The position numbers were made by a program, and so were the translations under genes. From Candidatus Parcubacteria bacterium (lineage in GTDB: Bacteria > Patescibacteriota > Patescibacteriia > UBA1558 > GWA2-36-10): 64,000 nt of DNA. Below are positions 30,223 through 39,843 of the stretch, piece by piece. The stretch lies in NCBI GenBank assembly GCA_018669975.1, contig JABHSK010000008.1, positions 2,622-66,621 on the forward strand. Reading direction: 5' to 3'. The notes beneath the pieces are model-generated. The model saw only the letters and a list, made by a program, of their open reading frames with translations, was not told the origin of the DNA and did not search any database. How positions within the stretch are numbered: position 1 is the stretch's first letter; every line of letters begins with the position of its first letter.

Positions 30223-30747
30223 ATGATTTTTAGAAGTTCAAAACATAGTGTAGACTCCGACACAGGCTTAGAGTTTGATGAAACTACCGAGGTTTGGGTA
30301 GCAGACTTCGGATCTCATAATGTTGAGACTGAGATCAGAGAACAGGTTTTAAAATTAAAGCCGAAAAAGGAAAAAGGCATTAGTTGGATACTGACCTCTA
30401 TTATATTATTATTGTTTATAGTGGCTACAGAGTTTTCATTACGGCAATTTGCAATAAGCTTATATTGGTCTGAATTTACTATTTTTTGGGTCACCTGGCT
30501 GTGGAGATTACTTTTGATTGTTGTTTGGATGTACCTGTCTAGATTTGTCTGGTATGTCAAAATAGATAAAATGTTTGCAGTGGCTATAGTGTCTTTTACT
30601 TTAGCAGTTATTATTCTAGCCATACTCAAGATTTTTTATGTACAAGCTGCTTGGACATGGCTTAATTTATTGGTGGAGCCAATTTGGATGGTTTTAATTG
30701 TTACTTTATTAGGCGTTTTGTTTTTAAAATTTAATAAATATAAATAA
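30223..30747 (+). CDS. Hypothetical membrane protein
   Basis: 174 aa with about 4 TM helices in the C-terminal two-thirds. No family assignment. Confidence 0.4.
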   Translation: MIFRSSKHSVDSDTGLEFDETTEVWVADFGSHNVETEIREQVLKLKPKKEKGISWILTSIILLLFIVATEFSLRQFAISLYWSEFTIFWVTWLWRLLLIVVWMYLSRFVWYVKIDKMFAVAIVSFTLAVIILAILKIFYVQAAWTWLNLLVEPIWMVLIVTLLGVLFLKFNKYK

Positions 30748-30767
30748 TTAATAAAATAAAAATAAAG

Positions 30768-31088
30768 ATGGAAGAACACAAGAAAGAAGTCAAACCAGAC
30801 GCAAAGGATATTGAAGCAAATAAAACAATAGCAGCTTTAGCCTATATTGGAATTATTTGTTTTGTACCTTTACTCTTAAAAAAGAGGTCTAAGTTTGCTC
30901 AATTCCATGCTAAGCAGGGCTTACTTTTATTGATCATTGAGGTAGTCGCTTGGCTAATACCGTTTATTGGTTGGTTCTTGATGATGATAGCCATCATCTA
31001 TTCTGTTTTAGGCATTATCAATGCCATGGACGGCAAGTATTGGAAGATGCCTTATCTAGGCAAGTACACAGCTAAATTAAATTTATAA
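30768..31088 (+). CDS. Small two-pass membrane protein (DUF4870-like)
   Basis: AALAYIGIICFVPLLL...HAKQGLLLLIIEVV...AIIYSVLGIINAMDGKYWKMPYLG: two TM helices with an HAKQG loop, resembling the widespread small DUF4870-type proteins. Confidence 0.45.
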   Translation: MEEHKKEVKPDAKDIEANKTIAALAYIGIICFVPLLLKKRSKFAQFHAKQGLLLLIIEVVAWLIPFIGWFLMMIAIIYSVLGIINAMDGKYWKMPYLGKYTAKLNL

Positions 31089-31179
31089 TTTGACAATTAT
31101 CGATTAAGCGAGATTGAGTCCGGCTTTTTGGTATTGTCTGGCTTAATTTTTATCAACATTAAGATATTAAAAAAATATT

Positions 31180-33582
31180 ATGGCAAAGAAAAAATCTATT
31201 CTATGGTTTAATCAAATAAGTAATACAGACGTACCTAAGGTTGGTGGTAAAAATGCATCTCTAGGAGAGATGTATAGTAAGCTAACAAAAAAAGGTGTGG
31301 CTATCCCAAATGGTTTTGCGGTTACTGCCGATGCTTATGATGATTTTGTTACTACCACAGGAGTTAAAAAAGAAATCAGGAGAATTCTAAAAGGTTTGAA
31401 TACTCACGACATACGTGATTTACAGGCAAAAGCTAAGGCGGTTAGGCAGGCAATTTTGCAAGCAGATTTTCCAGAAGATCTAGAGCAAGACATTATTAAA
31501 GCTTACGAAAAGTTATCAAAAGAATTTAAGAAAAAAGATGTTGATGTAGCTGTTAGAAGCTCTGCTACAGCTGAAGACTTACCAGATGCTTCTTTTGCTG
31601 GTCAGCAGGATACCTATTTGAATGTCGAAGGCGCAGAAGAACTTTTAGATGCTTGTAAGAGATGCATGGCTTCGCTTTTTACAGATCGAGCTATATCCTA
31701 TCGTACTGATAAGGGCTTTAGTCATTTTAAAGTAAAATTATCTATCACCATACAGAAAATGGTACGCTCAGACAAGGCTACTTCTGGCGTGATGTTTTCT
31801 ATTGATACAGAATCTGGGTTTAAAGACGCGGTGCTTATTAACTCTATTTATGGCTTGGGAGAGTACATTGTACAAGGTGCGGTTAATCCAGATGAATATT
31901 ATGTATTCAAACCAACTCTAGCCAAGGGCTTTAATGCTATTATTAGTCGTCGTCTAGGAGAAAAGAGGAAGAAGTTGGTTTATGATAGTAAGGCCAAAAC
32001 CAACATGAAGAGTTTGCCAGTGACCAGAAAAGATCAACACAGGTTTGCTTTATCTGATAAAGAAGTGCATCAGCTGGCTAAATGGGCAGTGACCATTGAA
32101 GAACATTATAAAAAGCCAATGGATATGGAATGGGCTAAGGATGGTTTTACTGGCAAGTTATACATTGTTCAAGCTAGACCAGAGACTGTTCGCTCACAGG
32201 ATGATCCAAATACTTTGACAGAATATAAATTAAAGGAGCACGGAAAGCTTTTAACTATTGGAGCTTCCGTTGGCAACAAGATTGGTCAGGGTAAGGCACA
32301 CATCATTAGAGATGTTAAAGATATTCATAAATTTAAGGAAGGCGAGGTCTTAATTACAGAAATGACAGACCCAGATTGGGAGCCGATTATGAAAATTGCC
32401 GCAGCAATTGTCACTGAGTCTGGTGGTCGAACTTGTCACGCAGCTATCATTTCTCGTGAGTTAGGCATTCCTTGTGTTGTTGGTACTAGAGACGCCACTA
32501 AAAAGATCAAAGATAAACAAAATATCACAGTGTCTTGTGTAGAGGGCGAAAAGGGATTTGTATATAATGGTTTACTTGATTTTGACGTAACCAAACATAA
32601 TCTTAAGAATTTCAAGAAGTCCAAAACTAAAGTCATGATGAATGTTGGTAATCCAGAAATGGCCATGGCCCAAAGCTTTATTCCTAACGAAGGTGTCGGT
32701 TTAGCCCGTGAGGAATTCATTATTTCTAATTACATTCGTATTCATCCTTTGGCCTTGCTAAACTTTTCTAAAGTTAAAGATGCAAAAGCCAAAAAGATTA
32801 TTGAAAATCACACAGCCGCCTATAAGAGTAAACCACAATTTTTTATAGATAAATTAGCTGAGGGTGTAGCTCGTATTGCCGCTAGTTTTTATCCCAAAGA
32901 TGTAATCATGAGATTGTCCGATTTTAAATCAAATGAATACGCTAGTCTGATCGGCGGAGAGCAGTTTGAGCCCGAAGAAAGAAATCCAATGATTGGTTGG
33001 CGTGGAGCTAGTAGGTATTATAGTCCAAAATATTTACCAGCCTTTATACTAGAGTGCAAAGCTCTAACTAAGGTGCGTAAAGAAATGGGTCTTAAAAATT
33101 TAAAAATCATGGTTCCATTTTGCCGAACCATAGAAGAAGGTAAAAAGGTTCTCAAGATTATGGCAGACAATGGCTTAAAGCGAGGGGTGGATGGATTAGA
33201 GGTTTATGTGATGTGCGAGATTCCATCCAACGTTATTTTAGCTGATGAGTTCTCTAAAATTTTTGACGGATTTTCTATTGGTTCCAACGATTTAACACAG
33301 TTAGTGCTTGGTGTTGATCGTGATAGTGAATTGGTTGCCCATGTCTATGATGAGAGAAATGAAGCGGTCAAAAGTATGGTCAGGCAAGTTATTGCAGCTG
33401 CTAGAAAGAATAAGAGGAAAATTGGTATCTGTGGGCAAGCGCCATCAGACTTTCCAGACTTTGCTCAATTTTTAGTAGAAGAAAATATTGATTCCATTTC
33501 TTTGATCCCAGATACAGTCATTAAAACTATGTTAGCTATTAAAAAAACAGAGAGTAAGAAAAAAAGAAAAAAGAAAAAATAA
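31180..33582 (+). CDS. ppsA: Phosphoenolpyruvate synthase (pyruvate, water dikinase) with Lys-rich C-terminal tail
   Basis: SILWFNQISNTDVPKVGGKNASLGEMY (PpsA N-terminus), phosphohistidine domain GGRTCHAAIISRELGIPCVVG and a C-terminal PEP-utilising TIM barrel (SIGSNDLTQ). The tail is KKTESKKKRKKKK. Confidence 0.9.
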   Translation: MAKKKSILWFNQISNTDVPKVGGKNASLGEMYSKLTKKGVAIPNGFAVTADAYDDFVTTTGVKKEIRRILKGLNTHDIRDLQAKAKAVRQAILQADFPEDLEQDIIKAYEKLSKEFKKKDVDVAVRSSATAEDLPDASFAGQQDTYLNVEGAEELLDACKRCMASLFTDRAISYRTDKGFSHFKVKLSITIQKMVRSDKATSGVMFSIDTESGFKDAVLINSIYGLGEYIVQGAVNPDEYYVFKPTLAKGFNAIISRRLGEKRKKLVYDSKAKTNMKSLPVTRKDQHRFALSDKEVHQLAKWAVTIEEHYKKPMDMEWAKDGFTGKLYIVQARPETVRSQDDPNTLTEYKLKEHGKLLTIGASVGNKIGQGKAHIIRDVKDIHKFKEGEVLITEMTDPDWEPIMKIAAAIVTESGGRTCHAAIISRELGIPCVVGTRDATKKIKDKQNITVSCVEGEKGFVYNGLLDFDVTKHNLKNFKKSKTKVMMNVGNPEMAMAQSFIPNEGVGLAREEFIISNYIRIHPLALLNFSKVKDAKAKKIIENHTAAYKSKPQFFIDKLAEGVARIAASFYPKDVIMRLSDFKSNEYASLIGGEQFEPEERNPMIGWRGASRYYSPKYLPAFILECKALTKVRKEMGLKNLKIMVPFCRTIEEGKKVLKIMADNGLKRGVDGLEVYVMCEIPSNVILADEFSKIFDGFSIGSNDLTQLVLGVDRDSELVAHVYDERNEAVKSMVRQVIAAARKNKRKIGICGQAPSDFPDFAQFLVEENIDSISLIPDTVIKTMLAIKKTESKKKRKKKK

Positions 33583-33599
33583 TTTAATATTATATAAAA

Positions 33600-33630
33600 A
33601 GGGTGTCTAGGCACTCTTTTTATTATTGAC
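33600..33630 (+). terminator. Putative rho-independent terminator after ppsA
   Basis: agggtgtctaggcactctttttatt: a 7-bp stem with wobble pairs and a T-run. Confidence 0.35.
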
Positions 33631-33662
33631 TAAAAAGGCAAGAAAAATTATACTTTATCCAT

Positions 33663-35249
33663 ATGAATGAAGGAAAAATTTTCAAAGAACCAGTTAATCC
33701 CGATCAGGACATAGTTAGTTCTGAAAAGATACCATTGGCTGATGATTATATAGAAACCTTGCAAGCCGAGGGGCTAGAAGGGCATGCGGAGGCTTACCAA
33801 AAAGTGATAGAATTATCACAAGCTGTTGGTGAGGCTGGCGGTCGTTCTCTTTTAGTTGGCGGTAGTGTCAGAGATATGGTCTTTGGTAAAATTTCTAAAG
33901 ATTACGATATTGAGATTTATGGCTTGGAGGCCCAACAGGTTGAAGAGATAGTAGCTAGATTTGGCAAAGTATCTGATGTTGGCAAAGCTTTTGGTATTTT
34001 AAAAATATTTCTCGGACAGGGTATAGATATTGATGTGTCTTTACCAAGAACAGATTCTAAAATAGGTGAGGGACATCGGGGTTTTGAAGTTAAGACTGAT
34101 CCGAATATGAGTATTGCTGAAGCTGCTAAGCGTCGTGATTTTACGATGAATTCTGTAGCCGCCGATCCTTTGACTGGTGAACTATTTGATGCCTATGGTG
34201 GTGTGGAGGATATTAAAAATAGGACGCTAAAGATTACTGATCCAGAGAGGTTTCGTGATGATCCACTACGTGTCATGAGAGCCTTGCAATTTATTGGACG
34301 TTTTGGTTTACAGTTAGATCCAGACAGCGCTAAGATTATCCAGGAGATGACACCAGAGTTAAAAGAGTTACCAAAGGAAAGAATTTTTGAAGAGTGGAAA
34401 AAATTATTATTGAAGTCAAGTAAACCATCTTTAGGCTTAGCAGCCGGGATGACTTTGGGAGTTTTCAAAGAGTTGCACCCTGAATTTCCACCTTTAGCTA
34501 AAACAGAACAAGATCCAGAGTGGCACCCAGAGGGAGACGCCTGGATACACACCTTAATGACAGTTGATGAAGCAGCTCAGATAACACGAGAAGAAAATTT
34601 AGATAGTAAGGAAAGTTTGACTGTTATGCTGGCGACCCTGTGTCATGATTTAGGTAAGGCTGATACTACAGAAATAAAAGATGGACGGATTATTTCACAT
34701 GGTCATGAGCAGGCTGGTGGAGAACCTACTAAAGAATTTTTGAATTCAGTTGGAGCTGATAAGCTAACTAAACAAAAAGTTAAACAACTTGTAGAAAATC
34801 ATTTGATGCCAACTATGTTGTATATCAATGCGGTTGTTAAACAAGAAAAAGTTAGTGATGGAGCAATTCGTCGTTTAGCCAAGCGTATTTATCCAGCTAC
34901 TATCAATGAATTGGTTTTAGTGGCTCAAGCTGATCATGCAGGCCGAGGACCATATATGGATCCAAAGCATCCAGAGCAATATTTAATGCCAGATGGATTC
35001 CCAGCAAAAAAGTGGTTACTAAAAAAAGCTAGAGAATTAGCAGTAGAAGATAGTAAGCCAGCAGATTTGTTAGCAGGTAGAGATTTAATTGCCACTGGTT
35101 TGAAGCCTGGTAAGGATTTTGGTCAGTTGATAGAGTTGGCTAATAGATTGCGTGACGAGAAAGATTTTGATAAGCGTCGTGTTTTGCAAGCCTTGTATGA
35201 AATTATTGATAATGCGCAGGCTATTGTAAAGTTGAGCTCTTTGTTGTAA
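33663..35249 (+). CDS. cca: CCA-adding tRNA nucleotidyltransferase with HD domain
   Basis: Class-II NTase head LLVGGSVRDMVFGKISKDYDIEIYG plus RRDFTMN. The HD domain reads LATLCHDLGKADT...HGHEQ. Confidence 0.85.
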   Translation: MNEGKIFKEPVNPDQDIVSSEKIPLADDYIETLQAEGLEGHAEAYQKVIELSQAVGEAGGRSLLVGGSVRDMVFGKISKDYDIEIYGLEAQQVEEIVARFGKVSDVGKAFGILKIFLGQGIDIDVSLPRTDSKIGEGHRGFEVKTDPNMSIAEAAKRRDFTMNSVAADPLTGELFDAYGGVEDIKNRTLKITDPERFRDDPLRVMRALQFIGRFGLQLDPDSAKIIQEMTPELKELPKERIFEEWKKLLLKSSKPSLGLAAGMTLGVFKELHPEFPPLAKTEQDPEWHPEGDAWIHTLMTVDEAAQITREENLDSKESLTVMLATLCHDLGKADTTEIKDGRIISHGHEQAGGEPTKEFLNSVGADKLTKQKVKQLVENHLMPTMLYINAVVKQEKVSDGAIRRLAKRIYPATINELVLVAQADHAGRGPYMDPKHPEQYLMPDGFPAKKWLLKKARELAVEDSKPADLLAGRDLIATGLKPGKDFGQLIELANRLRDEKDFDKRRVLQALYEIIDNAQAIVKLSSLL

Positions 35250-35262
35250 TATATTCTTTCGT

Positions 35263-35353
35263 GGAGAGGTCGCATAGTTGGTCTAGTGCGCCCGCTTGGA
35301 AAGCGGGTAGAGTGTCAAAACTCTCGCAGGTTCGAATCCTGTCCTCTCCGCCA
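35263..35353 (+). tRNA. tRNA-Ser (anticodon GGA), long variable arm, CCA encoded
   Basis: GGAGAGG...CCTCTCC acceptor stem. The anticodon stem-loop is CCCGC-TTGGAAA-GCGGG (anticodon GGA). There is a long extra arm (GTAGAGTGTCAAAACTCTCGCAG) and a T-loop GGTTCGAATCC, ending GCCA. Confidence 0.85.
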
Positions 35354-35675
35354 CATCGTGTCAGCACAATAATATATTTACACTAATCATTCCAAAGAAA
35401 GGGGTGATTTTTATTATCATCTGAGCTTAGAAAAAGTAATTTTTTTGAGGGCCACTTTACAAATTTATATACATAAGGTATTGTAAATTAGATGAAACAA
35501 ATCAAACAAAATTTTAACTCTTTGAAGCATAATGCTTATTACAGCGCTTATATTGTTAAGCGGTGATTTGTTATTTATAACTTTATAATATTAGATACTA
35601 GTTCGTCGCTTACCAATAAGCGGCTTTTTTGTTCTTTGCAATGCTTACTATAAGTAAGCCAAAAACGGAGGTAGG

Positions 35676-36239
35676 TTGATGATGGATACTTTAATTTTGG
35701 TTTCTGGACTTCCAGGAGCAGGGAAGACAACGGTAGCCAAAAAACTGGCTTATCGGCTAGGAGATCAAGCTATACATTTTGATATCGATGACATAAAGAG
35801 AGGGGTTGTTGTCGATAGCGTAGCGCTTGAGAATGATATTGACCCAGATGAAATACGTTGGGTTTATTATCAGGAAGCCCTGAACCTTACTCATAGAACG
35901 TTTGAGGAAGGTGTATACAATTGCGTTATCATGGACGAGGTTTTTCACAGCAAAGAACTTCGTACAAGAATAAGTGATTGGTGTATTTGTCAGGGCGTAC
36001 AATCCCAGTGGGTTGTTGTGCAGTGTTCATATGAGGTGATTGAGCGTCGTCTCAATAGTAATCCCCGGGATGGGCATATTCTCACGGCCGAACAATGCTT
36101 AAAACTTAATCGTAGATTCGAAGAGTTATTTGATGAATTTACGATTGAAGAATCTGTCACTGTTATAAATAGTGACGGAAAGCATGTGTCTAATTTTGAC
36201 ATGTCCAAAATTAGACAGTCTAAAGTTCCGCCACTTTAG
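35676..36239 (+). CDS. P-loop kinase-like protein (AAA_33/zeta-toxin-like nucleotide kinase fold)
   Basis: LILVSGLPGAGKTTVAKKLA Walker A at the N-terminus. Small, 187 aa. G+C is modestly higher than the neighbours by eye. Confidence 0.5.
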   Translation: MMMDTLILVSGLPGAGKTTVAKKLAYRLGDQAIHFDIDDIKRGVVVDSVALENDIDPDEIRWVYYQEALNLTHRTFEEGVYNCVIMDEVFHSKELRTRISDWCICQGVQSQWVVVQCSYEVIERRLNSNPRDGHILTAEQCLKLNRRFEELFDEFTIEESVTVINSDGKHVSNFDMSKIRQSKVPPL

Positions 36240-36305
36240 ATATTTTACACCTGTGCTCCCTCTTTTTAGAGGGAGCCAACCAACTTAAAAATGTAAAACA
36301 ATATT

Positions 36306-37019
36306 ATGATTTCACAAAAACAAATTAAAGAAATTAAACAGATTGGTCTAAAAATAGACCACGACGTTTCTTTTAATGGAAAATCAAAAGGTAATAATCA
36401 TTTACAAAGAACAGTAAATTTAGCAAGTCATATTGCAAAAAAAGTAGGAGCAAATTTACAGGTTGTTGTAGCTGCAGCATGGCTTCATGATACGGCACTT
36501 CCGACAGGAGATGATTATAATTACAAAAATAATTTACAGATCGTTAAAGATATATTAAAAGATATCACTCTGTCAGAAGATGATAGAAATGCAGTTGCAG
36601 AGTGCGTTGCTTCACACGAGGGAACAAAGATTCCGGAATCATTAGAAGCAAAGGTAGTGCATGATGCAGATGTATTAGAAAAAGTTGGTATATTAGGATT
36701 AATTAGACATACTTGGAAGATGACTAATCTTAAAAATATTGATTCAGAAAAAATTATATCTGATGATCTTAAAAAAATTATCGAACACATTGAATGGAGG
36801 AAGAATATGCTTCAGTTAGAAGAATCAAAAAATATTGCTAAAAATTTAACAATAGAAATTGATAATAATATTATTTTGAAGCTTATAGAACGTTCTGCGC
36901 AGATGGCTAATAAAGGAGTAATAACGGAAAAAATTGCCGTAACATTAAAAGATATATTGAATAAAAACCAATTATTAATATTAGAAAAACAATTAAATCA
37001 AAAATATTTAACAATATAA
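36306..37019 (+). CDS. HD-domain phosphohydrolase
   Basis: H...HD motif (AAAWLHDTALP) and a downstream D (VVHDADVLEKVG), typical of the HD superfamily. Very AT-rich. Confidence 0.55.
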   Translation: MISQKQIKEIKQIGLKIDHDVSFNGKSKGNNHLQRTVNLASHIAKKVGANLQVVVAAAWLHDTALPTGDDYNYKNNLQIVKDILKDITLSEDDRNAVAECVASHEGTKIPESLEAKVVHDADVLEKVGILGLIRHTWKMTNLKNIDSEKIISDDLKKIIEHIEWRKNMLQLEESKNIAKNLTIEIDNNIILKLIERSAQMANKGVITEKIAVTLKDILNKNQLLILEKQLNQKYLTI

Positions 37020-37110
37020 TATTAATTTTAAAGAAAAACCTTATCGTCTAGCGGAGAGTTTTTGTTTTACACTTATCGTTATTTATTGTAGAATTTAAGT
37101 ACTTTTATCA

Positions 37111-37830
37111 TTGAAAAATATTATGCTACAAAGATTAATATCAGCAGGAGAGTACTCCATTGAACAGGTATTATCTAAGGCCTGGAGACTTTACAAGGAT
37201 AATTTTAAATTGATTTTAAAAATTATTGTAGTTGTTTATTTGCCTATTAATATTGTCCTGGGCATGATACCTGTTGGAGACACTGCAGAGGATGCAAGGT
37301 ATTATATGACTATAGTGCAAACACTAGAAGGTTTATTTGGTATTGTGGCGGTTATGGCGGTTACTTTTGTAGCAAAATATAAGATTGATAACAAAAAAAT
37401 AGATTTTCAAAAAGCCTTTGAAAAATCTTTTTCTCGATGGTGGCCAGTTGTTTGGACAAATATAGTAGCCGGAGTCTTTTTGCTAGGCTTATTTTTATTA
37501 TTAGTGGTGCCTGGTATTATTTTTTCAGTCTACTGGATATTTATTATTTATATAGCAATTTTATTTGATAAAACAGGTAAGGAAGCCCTAGATAGAAGTA
37601 AGGCAATTGTTAAGGGTAGGTGGTGGACAACTTTCTTGTATACTCTTATTTTAACCTTACTGTTTTTCTTGGCTGTAGCAATTGGGTCCTCATTAACCTA
37701 TTTATCAGGTACCTATATATTTAATCTAATTATTGAAATGTTACTGGATGTAGTCGGCGCCTATTTTATGGTAGCCTGGACTATACTTTTTCTCAATTTT
37801 GATAAAACTAAAAAAAAGGCAGTTAAATAA
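37111..37830 (+). CDS. Hypothetical multi-pass membrane protein (DUF975/YciC-like appearance)
   Basis: N-terminal amphipathic segment, then 4-5 TM helices. Weak resemblance to DUF975-type proteins. Confidence 0.4.
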   Translation: MKNIMLQRLISAGEYSIEQVLSKAWRLYKDNFKLILKIIVVVYLPINIVLGMIPVGDTAEDARYYMTIVQTLEGLFGIVAVMAVTFVAKYKIDNKKIDFQKAFEKSFSRWWPVVWTNIVAGVFLLGLFLLLVVPGIIFSVYWIFIIYIAILFDKTGKEALDRSKAIVKGRWWTTFLYTLILTLLFFLAVAIGSSLTYLSGTYIFNLIIEMLLDVVGAYFMVAWTILFLNFDKTKKKAVK

Positions 37831-37836
37831 TTTTTT

Positions 37837-38556
37837 ATGCAGCATAGGTACAACCCAGATTATATTCATCATCGTGATTCAAAATTAATCTCAAGCATGA
37901 GAGAGGTGGTTTTTGGAATGGAGGATGGTATGGTTTCTACCCTAGGCGCGGTTACTGGTATTGCCGTGGGCAGTCAGGATCCTTTTACTGTTATTTTGGC
38001 TGGTTGTGTTATTATTGCAGTAGAATCTATCTCCATGGGCATGGGTTCTTATATATCAAGTTTGTCAGAGCAAGATATTAGGACGAGGATGTTGTATGAA
38101 GAGAAGATGGAGATAGATGAGTTCCCCTTTGAAGAAGAAAGGGAGTTGCAGGGCATGTATATAGAGGATGGCTGGCCAAAGAAACTAGCAGCAGAGATGT
38201 CCAGGGTAGCCAAAGGAAATAAAAATCTTATGCTGCAGGAAATGGCTTATAGAGAGTTGAATTTTTCTATGAAAGAAAAGAAGCACCCGTGGCGCAATGG
38301 CATCTTCATGTTTTTTGCCTATATAGTGGGTGGTCTAATTCCTTTATTTGCTTATTTTATGGCACCGATTAATACAGCTACCAAGATTTCAGTGGTGATT
38401 ACATTACTTGGTTTGTTTACTCTAGGTGCGGCCACTACTAAATATACCAAAGGAAACTGGATTAAAATGGGCTTTAGAATTTTAATCTTAGGAAGCATTG
38501 CCCTGTTAATGGGTTATTTTATAGGTAAGTTAGCCACTGTTATAAACTTAACATAA
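37837..38556 (+). CDS. VIT1/CCC1-family iron/manganese transporter
   Basis: REVVFGMEDGMVSTLGAVTGIAVG matches the VIT-family REAVFGANDGIVSTFALVAGVAGA motif. About 5 TM helices with a central cytoplasmic acidic loop. Confidence 0.75.
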   Translation: MQHRYNPDYIHHRDSKLISSMREVVFGMEDGMVSTLGAVTGIAVGSQDPFTVILAGCVIIAVESISMGMGSYISSLSEQDIRTRMLYEEKMEIDEFPFEEERELQGMYIEDGWPKKLAAEMSRVAKGNKNLMLQEMAYRELNFSMKEKKHPWRNGIFMFFAYIVGGLIPLFAYFMAPINTATKISVVITLLGLFTLGAATTKYTKGNWIKMGFRILILGSIALLMGYFIGKLATVINLT

Positions 38557-38562
38557 AACGAT

Positions 38563-38790
38563 ATGGATATTTTTAAGATAGCTGGAATAGTTGGCTTGGT
38601 GTTGATTTCTATTGGGGTCATTACACAAAAGAAAGAGAGTGAAGATTTGATATATATTTTTGGCGGAGTCTGCCTATTGGTGTATAGTAGTTATATTGGC
38701 GATTTGATATTTATTGTCTTGCAAATAATTTTTATAATATCCGCTGTTTTTCATTTTTTAAAAACAAGAAGAGCAAAGGGTGCTAAATAA
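38563..38790 (+). CDS. Small two-pass membrane protein (hypothetical)
   Basis: 75 aa with two hydrophobic helices. Tightly spaced after the VIT gene. Confidence 0.3.
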   Translation: MDIFKIAGIVGLVLISIGVITQKKESEDLIYIFGGVCLLVYSSYIGDLIFIVLQIIFIISAVFHFLKTRRAKGAK

Positions 38791-38798
38791 TAATATAT

Positions 38799-39143
38799 AT
38801 GAAGAAAAAAATATTTTTAGTTATAATATCTCTTATTATCATCGGTGGTGGAGTTTATATCTGGCAGCTTAAAAGTTCATTTTGTGTTAATTATGTTTTA
38901 GATGAAACGCACGCGGTTTTTAATAGAGATCAAATTCCCTATAAAGAAGATGGGAAAATGAAGTCTCCCTGGGATAAGTCAGAATTAGAATTAATAGTGA
39001 TTGACCCCGATGATCCTGAGATTATGGACGAGCCTTGGCGTTATGCTTATTATTCTAAAAATGATGACACTTTTTGGATAGCTGAAATGCCAGGAAAATT
39101 TTTACAATGGTTTGGACCATACACTGGGCATCCTTGCGATTAA
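38799..39143 (+). CDS. Hypothetical exported/anchored protein
   Basis: 114 aa with an N-terminal signal/anchor helix. No motif. Confidence 0.35.
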   Translation: MKKKIFLVIISLIIIGGGVYIWQLKSSFCVNYVLDETHAVFNRDQIPYKEDGKMKSPWDKSELELIVIDPDDPEIMDEPWRYAYYSKNDDTFWIAEMPGKFLQWFGPYTGHPCD

Positions 39144-39203
39144 TAATTATTTAAACTTAATCATATAGAATTTCCTAGACAACCAGAAAACCCCACAGAA
39201 ACG

Positions 39204-39827
39204 ATGGACAGATTGGTTGGTTTTGATGTTCAGAAAGTGGTCGGCAGGCACTATGAGAATTTACCCTACCATAATTTTCAACACGCTTTAAATGTGGTAG
39301 CAGAGTGTCAGAAATTGGTAGAGAAATGCAAAACATACGATGTTCAAGTAGATGAACAAGTTGTTATACTAGCAGCATTATTTCATGACGCGGGTTATCA
39401 TCAAGATCATGAAGAACAGGGTTTTGAATCTAAAGAAGAATACAGTGCTGATATAGCGGAGCAAGAATTAAATAGACTAGGTCTAGAAACAGGGGTTATT
39501 AATTTAGTAAAAGAGTGTATAATAGCCACTCATAGAAACAAGCCATTTGTTTTGGTAGAGCAGAAAGTTTTACGGGCAGCAGATCTGGCAGGCTTAGCAG
39601 GATCATACGAAGACTTTTTATATAATAATGAAATTCTTAAACAGGAGCTGGAAGAGGTGCATCAGCAAGAGATAGGTGACGAAGAATGGAAAGATGTGGT
39701 CGCTAGCCTGATAAAGTTTTATTTGTCACAGGATATAAAACTTACTCCTGAGCATGATGATGAAGAGGGGTTTTCTATTTTTCATCGGCAGGCTCAAGAA
39801 AATCTAGATAGATTTTTAAAAAGATAA
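39204..39827 (+). CDS. HD-like metal-dependent phosphohydrolase (putative)
   Basis: YHNFQHALNV ... LFHDAGYHQDHEE ... D: His / HD / Asp spacing compatible with an HD domain. Confidence 0.45.
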   Translation: MDRLVGFDVQKVVGRHYENLPYHNFQHALNVVAECQKLVEKCKTYDVQVDEQVVILAALFHDAGYHQDHEEQGFESKEEYSADIAEQELNRLGLETGVINLVKECIIATHRNKPFVLVEQKVLRAADLAGLAGSYEDFLYNNEILKQELEEVHQQEIGDEEWKDVVASLIKFYLSQDIKLTPEHDDEEGFSIFHRQAQENLDRFLKR

Positions 39828-39843
39828 AATAACCAAAATAATT

